A stretch of 64,000 nucleotides of DNA from positions 28,272,001-28,336,000 of the forward strand of contig OZ024743.1 of the NCBI GenBank assembly GCA_964016885.1, read 5' to 3'. The notes beneath the pieces are model-generated. The model made no database searches. It worked only from the letters and a program-made list of their open reading frames with translations, and was not told the origin of the DNA. The translations under genes and the position numbers were made by a program. The stretch is from Eledone cirrhosa. Lineage: Eukaryota. Each line of letters begins with the position of its first letter. Position 1 is the first letter of the stretch. Positions 35,615 to 50,263 of this stretch are shown here, one piece after another.

Positions 35615-35657
35615 GTCACTGAAGAGGTCACAGAATGTGTGACGAAAGAACTTCGAC
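35615..35657 (+). ncRNA. Hammerhead-like motif in the PLE 3' UTR
   Basis: guca-CUGAAGA-g-gucaca-gaaug-ugugac-GAAAG-aa-CUU-cgac; stem I is intact (ugac) in the 60819 copy. Confidence 0.6.
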
Positions 35658-35788
35658 AATATATGAACAACCGTCCGGTTATGGAACCAACCAACCAACC
35701 GGAAATTTATAAATTTGATTTATAATAAATTGAAGTGAAAGCACTGGTGCGTGTGTTTCTTATTGGCAACATGACCCTCCCAAAGCAT

Positions 35789-35848
<60 letters not shown>

Positions 35849-35850
<2 letters not shown>

Positions 35851-35965
35851 CGAAGGAAATGTGGTAAGGAACCAGGTGGACCATAACGCACCAAAGTACT
35901 CAATACTTGAGTACAGAATTAACCGTCGAAACGGCTTGAGCTCAGCTGTCGGGGTCTTACTGGTT

Positions 35966-35970
<5 letters not shown>
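35849..35970 (-). mobile_element. Family A element with one arm deleted
   Basis: Same terminus as 12974, joined directly to the right arm; TA-flanked. Confidence 0.75.
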
Positions 35971-36051
<81 letters not shown>

Positions 36052-36369
36052 CATACATATATATCAGAATAGTTACTACACAATTGCATACCTACAGTTT
36101 AGACGTACCAGTTTTGTATACAATTTTCATACTCCCATACAGCTTATTCTAGTATTGTAAGATTTATTAAAAATGGGATTGGCTAGAAATAAATTCCAGC
36201 TATTAGACATTAGAAAAGTTAAAAAAACCCATTATTTAATCGAAGTAATCTTTAATTTTATCCATACATTTTCGCAAACGTTTAATGGGGCTAAAGATAA
36301 CGTTCTACTATATAAAGAAAGTATTTTAGAGTCAAAATATATGGTGGATGTTTTATGGACCACTTAAAA

Positions 36370-37890
36370 ACCCTACTAGGAGAGTCACCTTCCCCAGCTC
36401 AGAACATCAGGGAGATCAGACAGCTTTTCGAGGAACTGGATATTGTGACAGGACCCTTTGCCACAGAGTAGCTTCAGGGAGCCAAGGAGATGATCAAAGA
36501 GGGTAAGGCCCCTTGGAAGATGGAGTGGCATCAGAGGTGATGAAGTAATGGAATTTTAATATCATTCTAGTGTTCTGTAACCATACACTGGAAAAAGTAG
36601 TTGTCTCGGATCACCGGAGGATCAGTAACGTCGTCCCAGTACCAAGGAAGTGAGAGATCTTTGATACCCACAACTACAGAGGCATTTCACTGACGTCACT
36701 TGTGGCAAAGACTCTTAACAGGATGATTCTTATCGGATCCAGTCCAAGATGGAGAAGCTCAGGGAACGGCTTCAGAGAGGGAAGATCAACCATTAGACAC
36801 ATGCCGATATTGCGTAGGGAGCTAGAAGAAAGAGCCTTCCTGTTGTCATGGTTTTCAGGAATGCCTTTGACTTTGTGGACCGTGACTGCCTGATGAAGAT
36901 CTTACAGGCTAATGGAATCCCCAAGAATATAGTGGACCTGATATCACTGCTCTACACCAACAACAGAGCCCAACTAATCATAACTGATGGGATGACAGGG
37001 TTCTTCGAGATACTAACTGGAGTGCTCCAGGGTAATACATTGGCTGCCTACCATTACATCATCGCACTGGAGAAACACCAGGACTCGGCCTTCACTATAA
37101 CACCGACTCAGAGCAGGAGAGTTAAGGCTAAAAAGATACCAGATGCTGAATTTTCTGACGACATAGTTCTGGTGACAATTACAGTGAAGGAGGCAGAGGA
37201 GTTAATGCGAGAAATGAATACTGTTCATTAGTGTGAAGCTGAGAATGGATGAGAAGACGAAGTAACTGGTGGAAAACATCAAGGAACCAGAGAAAATTAT
37301 GAATGTGGGCAGGAAGCCGCTAGAGTTGGTTCAGGACTTCCTGTGTCTGGGAGCAAAGATTAGGAACACATAGGAGGATGTAATGTAGAGGAAGAGCAAA
37401 GCATGGGCGACGTGTCATAGTTTGAGGTCGGTGCAGAAGTCGTTTTCGTAAAGACCTAAAGATCCGTCTCTTCGTCACTACAGTGGAGTTTGAGCTGCTG
37501 TACGGGTCGGAGACTTGGATGGTTTCCAAGCGACCTACTCAGATGGTGTATGGGTGCTACATGAGGATACTGAGGATGGCTCGTTATGAACATAACCAAA
37601 AATGCACTGAGGATGAATAACTCTGAGCTGTACGGGAGACTTCCAAACGTCAGCTCGAAAGTGACACAGAGGAGACTGAGGTTAGCTAGATATGCCCATC
37701 GACATTCAGAGCTGATACTGACCTCAGTGGTCCTGTGGGAGCCCCTACACGGACCACACTGGAACAGGGTGACGGAAGATGACATGTTGATAACTTAAGG
37801 ACAGACACTGATCTCCGTCTGGGAGACGCGGGATATAGTGGCGGTGATGAAGGACAGAGACCGCTGGGGAGAGCTCGTCCATGGATCTCG
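36370..37890 (+). mobile_element. Decayed RTE/RTEX-like LINE fragment (RT and C-terminal part)
   Basis: NYRGISLTSLVAK, AFDFVDR, GVLQGNTLA, EFSDDIVL, LLYGSETW, RRLRLA..HRH. Confidence 0.8.
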
Positions 37891-38495
37891 GGAATTTTAC
37901 CCGCTCTAAACACAAACAAAAAATTAGATGGACAGTTGAGTTTTGGACTTAATATCGTGTGATATTGATGTGGTTTTATATCAAGTTCAAATTCAAGTTC
38001 ATCAAGTGCAAAGTTTTCTAACATCTGTTTTTCGGCCCTGGGCGAATAAGAAACTATCAAAACCTGGAATCGAACGATGTATTTGGTTATAACTTTACCC
38101 CCAAATTTCTGGCCTGGTGCCTAAGTTAGTCACCATTATTATCATGACTTGTTTGTGAAAACATAACCCGTTGCCAAAATGTTTTACATATCACCGATTT
38201 CTAGATCGAGTACATTAAAGAGTGAACAGCAAGTAAGTAATTATAAGATGATGTCTTGATAAGCCAACGGCAATTCGCTGTCTTTTTATCTTTTCAAAAA
38301 TACCTAAACAGAGGGTTAAGAGGTGTTTTTTATTATAGTTTTAATATGGTTGTGTGCTGCAGGTAGTCAAGTCTGATTTGCTAACAATACTTCGTATTTA
38401 GCAGTTTTTAATGCTACTATACTAACATAAAATATATTATATTGTATTGGGTGCCCAGTCATTCACGAATCACTTCAATAGATATTTACTGACAA

Positions 38496-38534
<39 letters not shown>

Positions 38535-38853
38535 TCTCCCTCTCTCTCTCCCTCCCTCTTTATCTCTCTCTCCCTCTCTCTCACATTGTTTCTATACCTC
38601 TCGATAGAAGCTTGCATATGCCCATACATATATATGCACAAGCCTTTATGAATATAAACGATTCACATTTAATTGTTAATTACATATATTTAGGGAGACT
38701 AAGCGTATATTTATTAAACTTGAATATTACATTAATTTAAAAATATATATGCATATGTATATATGCATATGTTTATATATGCATACGTATATATATATAT
38801 ATACATTTATATATATATATGTGTGTGTGTGTGTGTATGTATGTATATATATA

Positions 38854-38902
<49 letters not shown>

Positions 38903-39015
38903 TTATATATATTTATATATATATATACATATATATATATATGTATATATATATGTATATATATATATATTTATATATATTTATATATATATATACATAT
39001 ATATATGTATATGTA

Positions 39016-39076
<61 letters not shown>

Positions 39077-41371
39077 ATATATATATGTGTATATATATAT
39101 ATATATATAGATACATATGCATACACACACACACACACATATATCTATATATATATACATACATATATATATATACATACATATACATACATACATACAT
39201 ATATATATTCACAAGCATAATTGCTTTTAAATATCCATATCTGTGTAACTCCCTCTGTACGATAATAAAGTATATATTTATGTAAGCATTTATCTCTGCA
39301 TCTCTCCCACTCTCATCCCTTTCGTTTGCTTCTTTCTAGTAATCTCCTTCACCGTGCTGTTTTTCTCTCTTATAATCTTTCTCATCCTCTACCTAACTAT
39401 CACTCTATTCTAATATATCTCTTTTATTCCTTCATATATTAATTATTTACTCGACTTGCTAGAACAGCTGTGGTAGGGCTTAACATGTATTCTGCTCCTC
39501 TCCTCCCTGTAAAGCAACTGACTTACATAAATACATAAACAAAATATATATAAATAAGCGAAGACGTAAGTTAGTGATCCACGTTTTTCAGTTTAACACT
39601 GAACTTCAGAATCACGTGCAATGAACTTGACTTTGACGGGGCTTTCTTTGTGTGAACGAACTAATATCACATGCCCTGTGTTTCCTCCTTACCTGATCTA
39701 TTTTCATTTTATCACCAGTCCATCTTTCCCAAAACACGTGGTGTCTTTATTCGTGTTGTTAGAACTATAAAATCATTAATAAACGATACTTATATGGAAT
39801 ATAGGATGTGAGATAGACAAAAGGTATGATTTAAAATGGAACGAAACACTCCTATGTTTTCTGTACTTTTCTCATGTTTTTCTTTTTTTTTCATTACTTA
39901 TTCCAGTAATTTCAAGACCACATGGTTAGAGAAAAGTGTGTTCCATTGATGTTATTTTTATTAATGTTCTAGATATTTTTGTCAAACTTTTAATTGAATG
40001 ATGCGCACATTTTTGCTTAATGTAGGTTTTTCGTTCTGTTGATTTTCCTGCCAAGACTATTTTCATCAATTAATTAATCTAAGCAATTGTGTATTAGATA
40101 CACATAATTTATGAAAGTATAAGTGCCAGTAAGAAAGTGATTTCCGTTTCAAATCTCCAGTTCCCCTTGCTTCTTTTAAATATTTAAATGACTCTACTGC
40201 GGAGGCTTAATCTATGAACCTTATAATCACTTTTATATGATACACACAGAACCATTCACTCACACATATACATATATATACATATATTTGTGTTTGCTTA
40301 TTTCTATGTATACTGGTCGCGGGAAATATTCGAGTCTATTATTCGAGACATGTCTTGTGAATCATTGCAGACCATTGCTATCAAAGAGTATAGAGCGCTA
40401 CTACAATATAATGGTGCTGTTGAAGTACAAGGTGAGCTACATCAATATATATAAATTCTCAAACAATCTGAAACTGTAGTTGTTTAAACCATCAGAAGAT
40501 GAGGAGAGTATTAACTAAAATTCTCCGCGTTATTGAAGAACGATAATGTCCTCGAGCACTAAAACTCCTGATGAAACGGGAAATGGAGTTTACTCGGGCA
40601 ATAATTTTTTAAACATTATTCTGTTTAGTAACTGCCACACTATATACCTCCGTTTTGGACATGTTATGCTGAAGGCAATAGTCTTATAACTTATAATAGC
40701 TATAACTTATAATAGCTAAACTTAATATTATGTTCATTAAAGATGTTCAGGGTTAATATTGTGAAGACATGAAGTGATGTCTTACAAAAGACTCAGTTAC
40801 AAAAGTTACTTATATTACTTCTTGGGATGTCTAAAATATGAGAAGCTATAGCTAAACCAGATTAACTGGCTTTTTAACTCTTCTTGATGCTGGAGTTCTT
40901 TCATATAAACTCACTTATCAATGAAGCTAATCATCACTAGCACCTCATGAAAGTCGACAATTTTACATTCTTGAGTTTATATACAGTATGTCTACCCATT
41001 TGACTGGCTATAAAAGTAGCGTTTGTCTGTCTAATATCTGATGTAATATCTAGGAAGTTAGATATGATTAGGTACTAAATATATTTCAGTCAAACATCAT
41101 TCCTTGATTAATTCCTAATTAGTTAAAAACTATAATCTACAGTTTCCTGCCTCCATGAAACACTATGGTGGTGCAGAGCGTGATGAATCTCACATCACAT
41201 CTCAGGTTTGGCAATTTCACTCAATATGAAGGGCTACATAATTGTTAATGGTAAATACTTGCAGCTGTTTCTGTTTTGTTCATAGGTTAACTTGTACGAA
41301 CAGACCCTTGTTCTAAGGAATTTCAGTTTCATAATCTGCTAAAGTGGAAGTCCAGGATTACATTCTCTAAT

Positions 41372-41576
41372 TGTTGTGGGGGAAAACCCTTAATACCCCC
41401 GCGTAACTAAAAGTGGACGAGGCGAGAGTCTATAATTAAGAACTGTTATGGGAACTGTGTTTACGGAGTTTCGTTGAGGTTCCACTTTGGTAGTTCGGAA
41501 TTACGCTTGGTGAATACCTTGGGTGTTACCCTCGTTTCGTACAGATATACAAAACATGTGTCACACCACCTTAACA
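41372..41576. mobile_element. Possible solo LTR (about 205 bp)
   Basis: TGTTG...TAACA termini, near-TSD ctaat/ttaat, internal 'tctataatt'. Confidence 0.35.
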
Positions 41577-42599
41577 TTAATGCATCTAAGGCAGTAAGGA
41601 AACTTGGCTGATATATCTATCAAATCTAATATCTGGTAGTGGTTCTTTTGATGAATTGAATCAGATCCAATTGTTCTTTAAAAGATAAGATTAAAGAACA
41701 ATTTGACTTGACCTAGAGTCAAAGGATTTCCATCCATGACAATTCCGTCTTCGTCTTATGGACAGGAAACCCAGGACCATGTTATCCAACATATTCGTTT
41801 TTGACAGTAGTATATGATTACAGAGAGATACCTCTGCAAATTCTTTTAGTCACGGGAACATATAAAAGCTCTCTTAATGGCCCGAAATATTTCTTTTTAT
41901 CGCTTGCATCGATTTTGTAAGTATTCTAATTATTTATCAGAAAAATCCCAATACGAGGACGCTAAAATTACTTCTGAGATGTTGGTAACTTAATAAAACT
42001 CGTGTACGTAAACTTCAAGAAAGTTTATGCTATGGTCGTAGTATTGGCTGCAACAAACAACACTAACAAGAAGTTACAAGACGAATTTTGTCGAAAGGCC
42101 GATGGCAAGAAACATACTAAAAGGAATTTTTTTTCAATTCCTTTATAGATAGTGATTCAAGGTGGAAAGATCATATAATTTGAATATTCATCATACGATC
42201 ACTGCCTCATACATACTATTTTGTTGTTGTTTTTGTTATTTTTACTAATGGAAGCTACGTGCTCGCAGTCATTATCACTAGGAGATTATTCTGTATATAA
42301 TAAATACTCTTTATTTAATATTTTTTTAACTTCAAGAAAAACATGCTTGAATATACAAATGTGAGAGTCGCAAAACACGGCCGTTTGGGGCAGACATTTT
42401 AGAATATTTTGCCGCACAATATATATCAATAAAGCATCTCAAAATGCATCAAACGGGGATATATTATCAAAAAGAATGTTTCTTTTCGTTTCCAAGAATC
42501 GTAAATCTCAGTCTGATTATAAATTAATTCATTCATTTGAATTAACTAAACTTACCCATATTAACTAAACGTACCCATATAATATCAGAATGTAACCAG

Positions 42600-42770
42600 T
42601 TTAAAACTAGTTAGACCATTAATCAACAGAGTACCTGATACTTGGTGTAGTAGAGTATGGCTCTATTATAAAGAGTCAGAACCCGACGGCTAGCTCTTGC
42701 CATTTCAACATTTAGTTCCTCAACTAGCTGTTGAAAGGTCAAGAGCTCAGCCGTCAGGTTCTGACTCTCT
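42600..42770 (-). mobile_element. Diverged relative of the family A fold-back element
   Basis: Arms agagtcagaacccgacggct.. / ..agccgtcaggttctgactct; shares 'gtac..gatacttgg.gtagtagagt'. Confidence 0.55.
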
Positions 42771-42939
42771 CTCTCTATATATATAATATGTACGTTCTCG
42801 AATGGTGTTAAATACGTTAATAGAGTATAGGCATATTTATTTCATATAGAAATAACTTCTACAGCACTAGAATTCGTATGAAATCACCAGGAATCTTCTA
42901 ATGATTCCATACGTATGAAAGTGTTCTAATCCTGTTTAA

Positions 42940-43027
<88 letters not shown>

Positions 43028-43083
43028 GGTTTGATTTTCAGCCTCATGGATTTTATCTATTACATTCACTTATTATATTTCGA

Positions 43084-43141
43084 ATACCTGATGATATCAC
43101 CGGATTCATACGGAACCCGGTCATTGAAATGATCATAGTAT
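43084..43141 (+). ncRNA. Type-I hammerhead ribozyme in a 170-bp TA-flanked cassette (43025-43190)
   Basis: auac-CUGAUGA-u-au-c-accgg..ccggu-c-au-u-GAAA-ugauc-AUA-guau; palindromic AUGAUCAU. Confidence 0.8.
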
Positions 43142-43329
43142 AATAAACCTTTCAAGGATTTACACAAATCCAGCCTCATGTCATTTCATTATTATATATA
43201 TATATATATATATATAGGGGCAGTTGGTTCAGTACATCCGTAGAATACTGGTGTGGTTACCAAAGTCAGCACTCGATGCTAGAACAGTGTGTGATAGCAC
43301 TGATCTAAGGATTAGGCAGATTTTGAATT

Positions 43330-43386
43330 TGGTCTGGAACATTAACTCAGGTCATGAGCCTACTATATGTGAAACAATTGTAACCA
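43330..43386 (+). ncRNA. Degenerate hammerhead (2-nt core deletion) in TA-flanked cassette 43217-43432
   Basis: uggu-CUG--GA-acau..augu-GAAAC-aauu-GUA-acca. Confidence 0.5.
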
Positions 43387-43429
43387 GGATTGATCAATAC
43401 ATTTCCTAATATAAGACCTCCACTCTGTT

Positions 43430-43495
<66 letters not shown>

Positions 43496-43536
43496 CATAT
43501 ATTCGTACATGTATACACATATACATACATACACAC

Positions 43537-43567
<31 letters not shown>

Positions 43568-43929
43568 CAAATATAGTGGAAAGCCTACTCCTGTCCGTGT
43601 ACGGCCACTTCTTAGAACGAACAGGAAAAGACATACCGACAACTGTATGTCTTTTGATGTTGCTGTCGATGATGCTGCCTTAAATGACTCATCAAACCAG
43701 GAAGTGACTTATACGCTTAGTAACACACTTTGTAGTTATGTTTCCCACCTACTTGAGTCTGGTTGGCATGGTACGCCTTGTGGTGCCGTGTTAGCCCTGC
43801 AGCAGTGCGACACATTGTGGTGCAGATACCACACGCAAACTGAAGGTGAATGGGGTACTCAAAGTTGTTATTTCCATGAGTACGACATTCGCTATGGCTT
43901 AGTAACCCAGCCTTTCACATACATACACG

Positions 43930-44250
43930 TCCGCATTCCCCACAGATAAGACCTTCTTACAACCCTGGTTGTAGGTGCGGACTAACATCCCCCATATATG
44001 TAGCTGCTCCTTTCACTTCAGCATAGACCCTCGGTTTCTTTTCAAATTCCGATAGCAATGAGATCTCACTGGGCTCTATCGTTTGCAAGATTTTCCCATG
44101 TTTCCTTAGTGATGTTGACTTTCTTCAAGGTATCTTTCAGAAAGTCTTTGAAGAGCTTTGTGGTTTGCAACGTAAGCGTTTACCTTGCAACAGCTCGCCA
44201 TACAAAACTTGCTTGGGGATTCTGCTGTAATTTAGGCGTATTATTTGATC
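43930..44250 (-). mobile_element. RTE-type LINE 3' fragment
   Basis: IRLNYSRIPKQVLYGELLQGKRLRCKPQ. Confidence 0.7.
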
Positions 44251-44267
44251 TGCCCATACATACATAC

Positions 44268-44890
44268 AAACATAATTTGAAAGAGTACTGGTGGAATGTT
44301 CCAGTAAAAACCTCAATAAAATGCAGGCATAACAGACCAGATATGGGACAAGGAAAGAAGGCATTCACAGCAGTGGAAGTTAGCTGACCAGCAGATTCCA
44401 AAATAATATTAAAGATCAGCGAACAGGAGAATATCTCTGCAGAACTAAGGAGAAATCTGCAGGTACTCTACCCTGACTATACCTTGAGATTATTGGGGCA
44501 CTGGGATTTGATAGTAACTACTTCAGTACAAATCTTGAGAAGCTGGGCTTCACAGAAACACAAAGAACACGACTAGTTAGGAAATTACAAGTAGAGTCTA
44601 TTAATGGATGAGTAAAAATATGTAAAGTATTCCAAAAATTCCGCATCTAATAGCTGCATATATACACATGTACATATTCAAAGCACATGCACACAAATAA
44701 CTCAAAACATCCACATCCACACATACATTAACATCTATACTTGCACAGATATGCATGAATGCATACATACATATGTACCTAGTTGATGTTGTTTAAATTC
44801 CAATGACAGATTTGTATCTATGTTAGAAACCGACTCTCTCTCTATTGGTAAACATTTATAAAATTATAAAACCAGAAGAACATACATACC
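44268..44890 (+). mobile_element. R4/Dong-like LINE 3' fragment (restriction-like endonuclease), (CATA)n-flanked
   Basis: EYWWNVPVKTSIKCRHNRPDM, IIGALG, LEKLG, LQVESING; homologous to 55915-56361. Confidence 0.75.
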
Positions 44891-45130
44891 CAACGGGGGA
44901 TAAGAAAAAACTTTTAGACACTAATATACGGGGCATCTCAATGAATAAGATAGCTAAAAATATCTAGATCGGAGTTTAATTTATGTCAAAGGTTCCGTAA
45001 GAGAGTTTTGCTCGAATCATTTGTAGTTTCTGGAATTAAGAAACAATATTAATATTAATTATCTTAATAAATTAAGACAAGCAATAATGGAAGAAAATTC
45101 CGTCATCAGGGGGATTCTTTTGAAGTAGAA

Positions 45131-45300
45131 AATAATTATTTCTACTTTTGACACAAGGCCAGCAATTATCCCAGTGCATTACTGGTACTTTATTTTATCG
45201 ACCTCAGATGAAAGGTAAAGTTAACCTCGGCGGGATTTGAACTCAGACCGTAAATGTCCGTAACTCTATGCGGCAAAGCATGTCGCCCGACCCTCTAATA
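45131..45300 (-). mobile_element. tRNA-derived SINE
   Basis: Matches the family consensus. Confidence 0.85.
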
Positions 45301-47268
45301 TTCACCAGTTAGCATACGCACACACACACACACACACACACATACACACACATGTATAAAGCTCGCTATGAATGTTTAGATCTGTTGTCAGATAAAAGAT
45401 TTTTCCATCATTGGTCACGTTTACTCAATCAGTACTGAGACGAAAATAAGCTATAGCTTTTGCATATAAAACATGTGCTGCAGATTCTCATTTTGTTCTA
45501 GTGCAAGCTTAACTCGTTAGCGTGATTTATAATAGAAGTGTACATACCTCTATATACATCTATATTATGGATCACCGTATGTTAGTTCTACGGCTAATAC
45601 ATATAAAAGAATGAAGATGTATATGATGCATGCGAACCAGTAAATCTACACAGAATGCAAAGCTCACTTATCAGTTGCCCAATATGAGTTTATGTTTCAA
45701 TACGTAGGATATGATACAAATCTCGTAGCCGTACCAGTAGCTTTTAAATCTGTTAGACTCTAACAGTTAGAGGGTAAATAAGCTATACAAGATACGAATA
45801 AGTATTTCGATGGACATAGGACGGGATATGAAAGCAAGATAACATAAAGGTATCTTACAATAGTATCCATAAGTAACGGACAGAATGTTGGGAAATATCA
45901 AAGCAAAATGACAACAAAAGATAGTTTTCCAATCGACATAACAGGACGTTGAGACATCTAAATACGCAGAGGCGAGTCTTTCGATTGAAATACCTCGCAA
46001 TAAATTATAGGAGATGCATGCCTGAATCATAACGCATATGCAGGTGAATTCGTGGATTATAATTTAATATATAATTCGAAGATCACAGATAAATTACATA
46101 TTATTTTAGACGATAAAATAAAGAACACTCGCATGAGTTAGAATATTTATTTATTTGCTAATAACGTCAGATACATCTGTTGAATATAACATCGTATTTT
46201 GTAATACGGCATTAATATAATTGTTACAAACTGTCCAAGCTGCTATTATTGTAAATGTCTCCAATTGAATTTATCTCCAAACGAGTAAAAGTCGCAGCAG
46301 TTTTGTATCAATATCAGGATAGTGGCGCTTTCAGTGTGTGATTTATCAGAAAGAATATTTTTAATCAGCTGCTTCGAATTACAATTATACACAAATTTCA
46401 CAAGCGGTTTCCCCCGTCAACATTGAAATTATATATTTCCTTCCATTAAACATTGCCTTTATGTGATGTCATATTCCCGTTGTGGTTTCTGCATTTCATG
46501 TTTTCTGACATTTGCTACAATTGCCTTTTCCTGGTCTGTAAATTAACACTCTGGTTTATCTTTATTTATCATACAAACATACGTGCCTTTTGAATATATC
46601 CTGAAAATTTCCTCATGAAATCTGTAAATATAACGACCCATTTAAACAAGATTCTATAAATGTTATCAAAGTCAAAGCAAAATACATCAACGATGATTTG
46701 AGGAAAATTCATTTTAAACCACAGCTTAACATTCAATTGTACATGATAATCCAATCGCCAAAGCAGCATTGTTTTATTACATATCATTTCTTTGATCCGT
46801 AGCTGTTTTCCCAGTGTAGCTAGCTGTAAAATTGAAATCCAGTATCGTGATGTGTACGAATCAAGTTTAGCTGTTATGTGCTAAAAACGTCCTAATACCT
46901 TGTAGAGAGGTATGATTGCGTTAAATTACATGATTTTATTGTGGCGTAAAAAATACATGGATATCATGACTCTCATACACAAAAATCATTTTCCATCTTT
47001 AAGCGTGCATGGAAATATTTGTAGCTGATAAAACAAGACCTTCACATAAATCTATTATATTCAATTTGGCTATTTTAGCAATGCAGAGCAAGTGGTTTTA
47101 CTTGCCAGTTAATCCTCTAAGATATTTGCTACACAACATTAAATGAATATGAAATGAACATAGGTAAAACACACTCCCATTATTGATATTCACTGTAATG
47201 TTTTCATATATATTATTTACATATTCAATTAATATTTCATATATATTAGTTAAATATTATTAAAATCT

Positions 47269-47432
47269 GGGCGGCGGATTGATAGTATCTACAGCATAGA
47301 GTTACGTCCCTTTACGGTCTGAGTTCAAATCCCGCCGAGGTTAACTTTGCCTTTCATCCTTACGATAAAATAAAGTATCATTAATGCACTCGGGTTATTG
47401 CTGGCCTTGTTCCAAAATTAAAAATAATTATT
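47269..47432 (+). mobile_element. tRNA-derived SINE with internal deletions; possible TSD attattaaaatctg
   Basis: Matches the consensus; 'attattaaaatctg' occurs on both sides. Confidence 0.85.
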
Positions 47433-49967
47433 AAAATCTGTTGGCCGTTCACATGACCTTCCAATTAGCAGTGTTGGCTGTACAATTTTTATCATTTTTC
47501 ATGGTATTTCTCATTTTATATAAATTCCTTATATAAAGATCATCTCTCTTAACACGCACTTGTATGTCAACATGTTGCATGCAGATGGTGGCTAGAGTCT
47601 GAATAACTAGTATATTCAGGCAATAAAACTATTTCTGCTATTTCAAAATAAGGTGATTATGAAATTTGTTTTGTATTCACCTGCTTCCGAATCCGATGCC
47701 ATTTGGAAGGCCTTCTACCGTATTCTCTGATCAACTAGTTCAAACATTTTGAATGAAATTGGGTAGACGGAAGTCTTGCGGACGTCCATAGAATAGGCTC
47801 CATCATTTCTTGGATTGTAGGCTTAGTTCATCATCCAGTGTAACGCCACCACGTATCTCGTTGGTGATTTCAGCGAAGTCCATTTTGTTGTATTCATTCG
47901 AACCAAGTCCCTGGTATGATATAAACTTAATTTCCTGATGAGTTATTTCTTGCTGCAGGTGGGCTTTCTCTCCCTTTGAGTTTCGGAGACCTTGCAAAAG
48001 AGAAATTTAATGGATATGGATACTTCCTTTCCACTATATCTACAAACATATGTGTGTGTGCGTGACAGAAATAGAGAAAGAAAGTAGTAGAGAGAAGAAT
48101 CGACTCCAATAATGGACTGATATTTTGTCAGCCTCGAATAAGGGAAAAGTGGAAAATTAAAGGTGACCTCAGTGGGATATAGACCGAGAGCTCAGACATT
48201 TGGAAAGAATAATGTAAAGCATCCTCTCTGATTTGTCTAATTACCATAGAGTGAAATGAGAATCGTTTCAGTGAGCTAAATGTCCTAATAACAAATATAC
48301 TATCGACAGTTTAACCACAGTTACCACGTATAGAGTGTGAATTAGAAATCAAAAACATGCACTTAAAACTAGATGAAATGAAAATATTTGTGAAGGAAAA
48401 TTTCTATGATTGATGGCAGTTTGCAATAGATGCCTAATAACAATCAAGAAGTAGAGAGAACATAATGTAGGGGAGTGGGTCTGTTGGAATCACAAGAAAT
48501 GTGTGACCTCTCACTTTTTATTCTGGTGAAAAAGTTCTTCCACGTGAATCGAAAGATGCTTCAAGTTTAATATTATTACGCCACACTTCCATTGCACTCT
48601 TCTTTTGAACGATAACCAAATATTAAAAGTATATGATGCATATCATTTTATTGCTGGTTTCTTAGCCAATATTTGAATTCTAAACCGTATTAAAATGTGT
48701 GTCAAAAGTATTTATATTTTTATCCTTGTTCTTCATCAATCCGAAACATGTTTTTCACAGTTCCTACAACTTTTTGAGCCTAGTCTATCGTAATAATCGC
48801 ACTGAAATTCCCACTGGTTACTTACATTACATTAGATTACTTGTAAATTGAAATGCGTTATTTTCCCTTCGGGGGCTATTATTTCAAAATATACTGGAAG
48901 TAAAACACAAAACATTAAAAAAATTCTGCATTCTTTGTCAGGAAAATATTTACCGAGCCTTTCCATATCTACTTCAGATTTATTGGGGCGATATCTTCGT
49001 GTGTTGTTTCAATAGCTTTCGGCTGATCGAAAGTACAGACTGAAGTAGTGAATAATTACAATAAATCAAGTAATTCATTTTATTAAAAGAAGTCTATTTA
49101 CTTAGCAAAAGTGAGAGACGTTTATCTATCTAATGCACGGGGAAAGGAATAAAAGGTGAGAGCACGAGAAAGAAAGAGAGAAATGCAATATCCACTGCGC
49201 AAATAAACTACAAATGGCTTGCAAAAATATCACACTGTGTCACAAGAGAAGCTTTCTCACGTCTCTACCTGTATGAATGGTTCACTCTGTTTTATAATTT
49301 CAAGCCTCAAATACTCCGCATTGTTTTATAGATTAAAACAACAGAGCGAGTATTTCATAATTAATCGCTAATAATTGGAATCTTATCATATATATGAAAG
49401 CAACAAACCAGAAACTAATCACATTTACAAAACATTCTTTACTTGAATATGTATAAAAATTCTTAATTGTTATTCTACCCAATATCTTTGAAATGTTTTT
49501 TTGTTTTGTTTTTTACTTGACATTTCACATCTCTTTATCTATTTTCCTTCCAAAATTAGTATTTTTAAATTATAGGGTATCCATTGAAGCACTTAGCAAT
49601 TGCAATGGCTAAGCAACAAATTTCAACATTTCCGGAGCACAAATATTGCTTTGATGCTTTCCTTAAGAAGACTCTAAAATGCGGAAAGTAAAATAAGGTG
49701 GGTGTAAGAAGTAATCTCACAAGCAACTTAAACGACAGATTTCAAGAATGTAATGTAAACAGTTCATAGACATTTACAGATTTCTATAACTAGATATATA
49801 GATGCATACACACTTAAATACACATTCACACGCACACACACACACACACACACACACGTGTGTGTGTGTGAATGAGATTGTTGATAGATAGATAGAAAGA
49901 ATGATAGAGAGGGGGAAGGAGAAAGTGAAATGGGTATGTATATAGATAGATAGATAGATAAAGAGAG

Positions 49968-50084
<117 letters not shown>

Positions 50085-50128
50085 GACATATATATATATT
50101 TATATATATATATATTTATATATATTTT

Positions 50129-50161
<33 letters not shown>

Positions 50162-50172
50162 ATATTTATATA

Positions 50173-50263
<91 letters not shown>

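Larger units (their letters stand above)
34824..35792 (+). mobile_element. 5'-truncated, 5'-inverted Penelope-like element (Naiad/Neptune-like): linker + Cys finger + GIY-YIG endonuclease + 3' UTR with hammerhead, ending at (TA)n
   Basis: 34824-34880 is an inverted copy of 34903-34960; coding remnant below; 3' UTR repeated at 60750-61013. Confidence 0.85.

Noticed and set aside
40568-40590. CTGATGA..GAAA hammerhead-like string
   Set aside because: No stem II or stem III can form; lies in a decayed LINE 3' end
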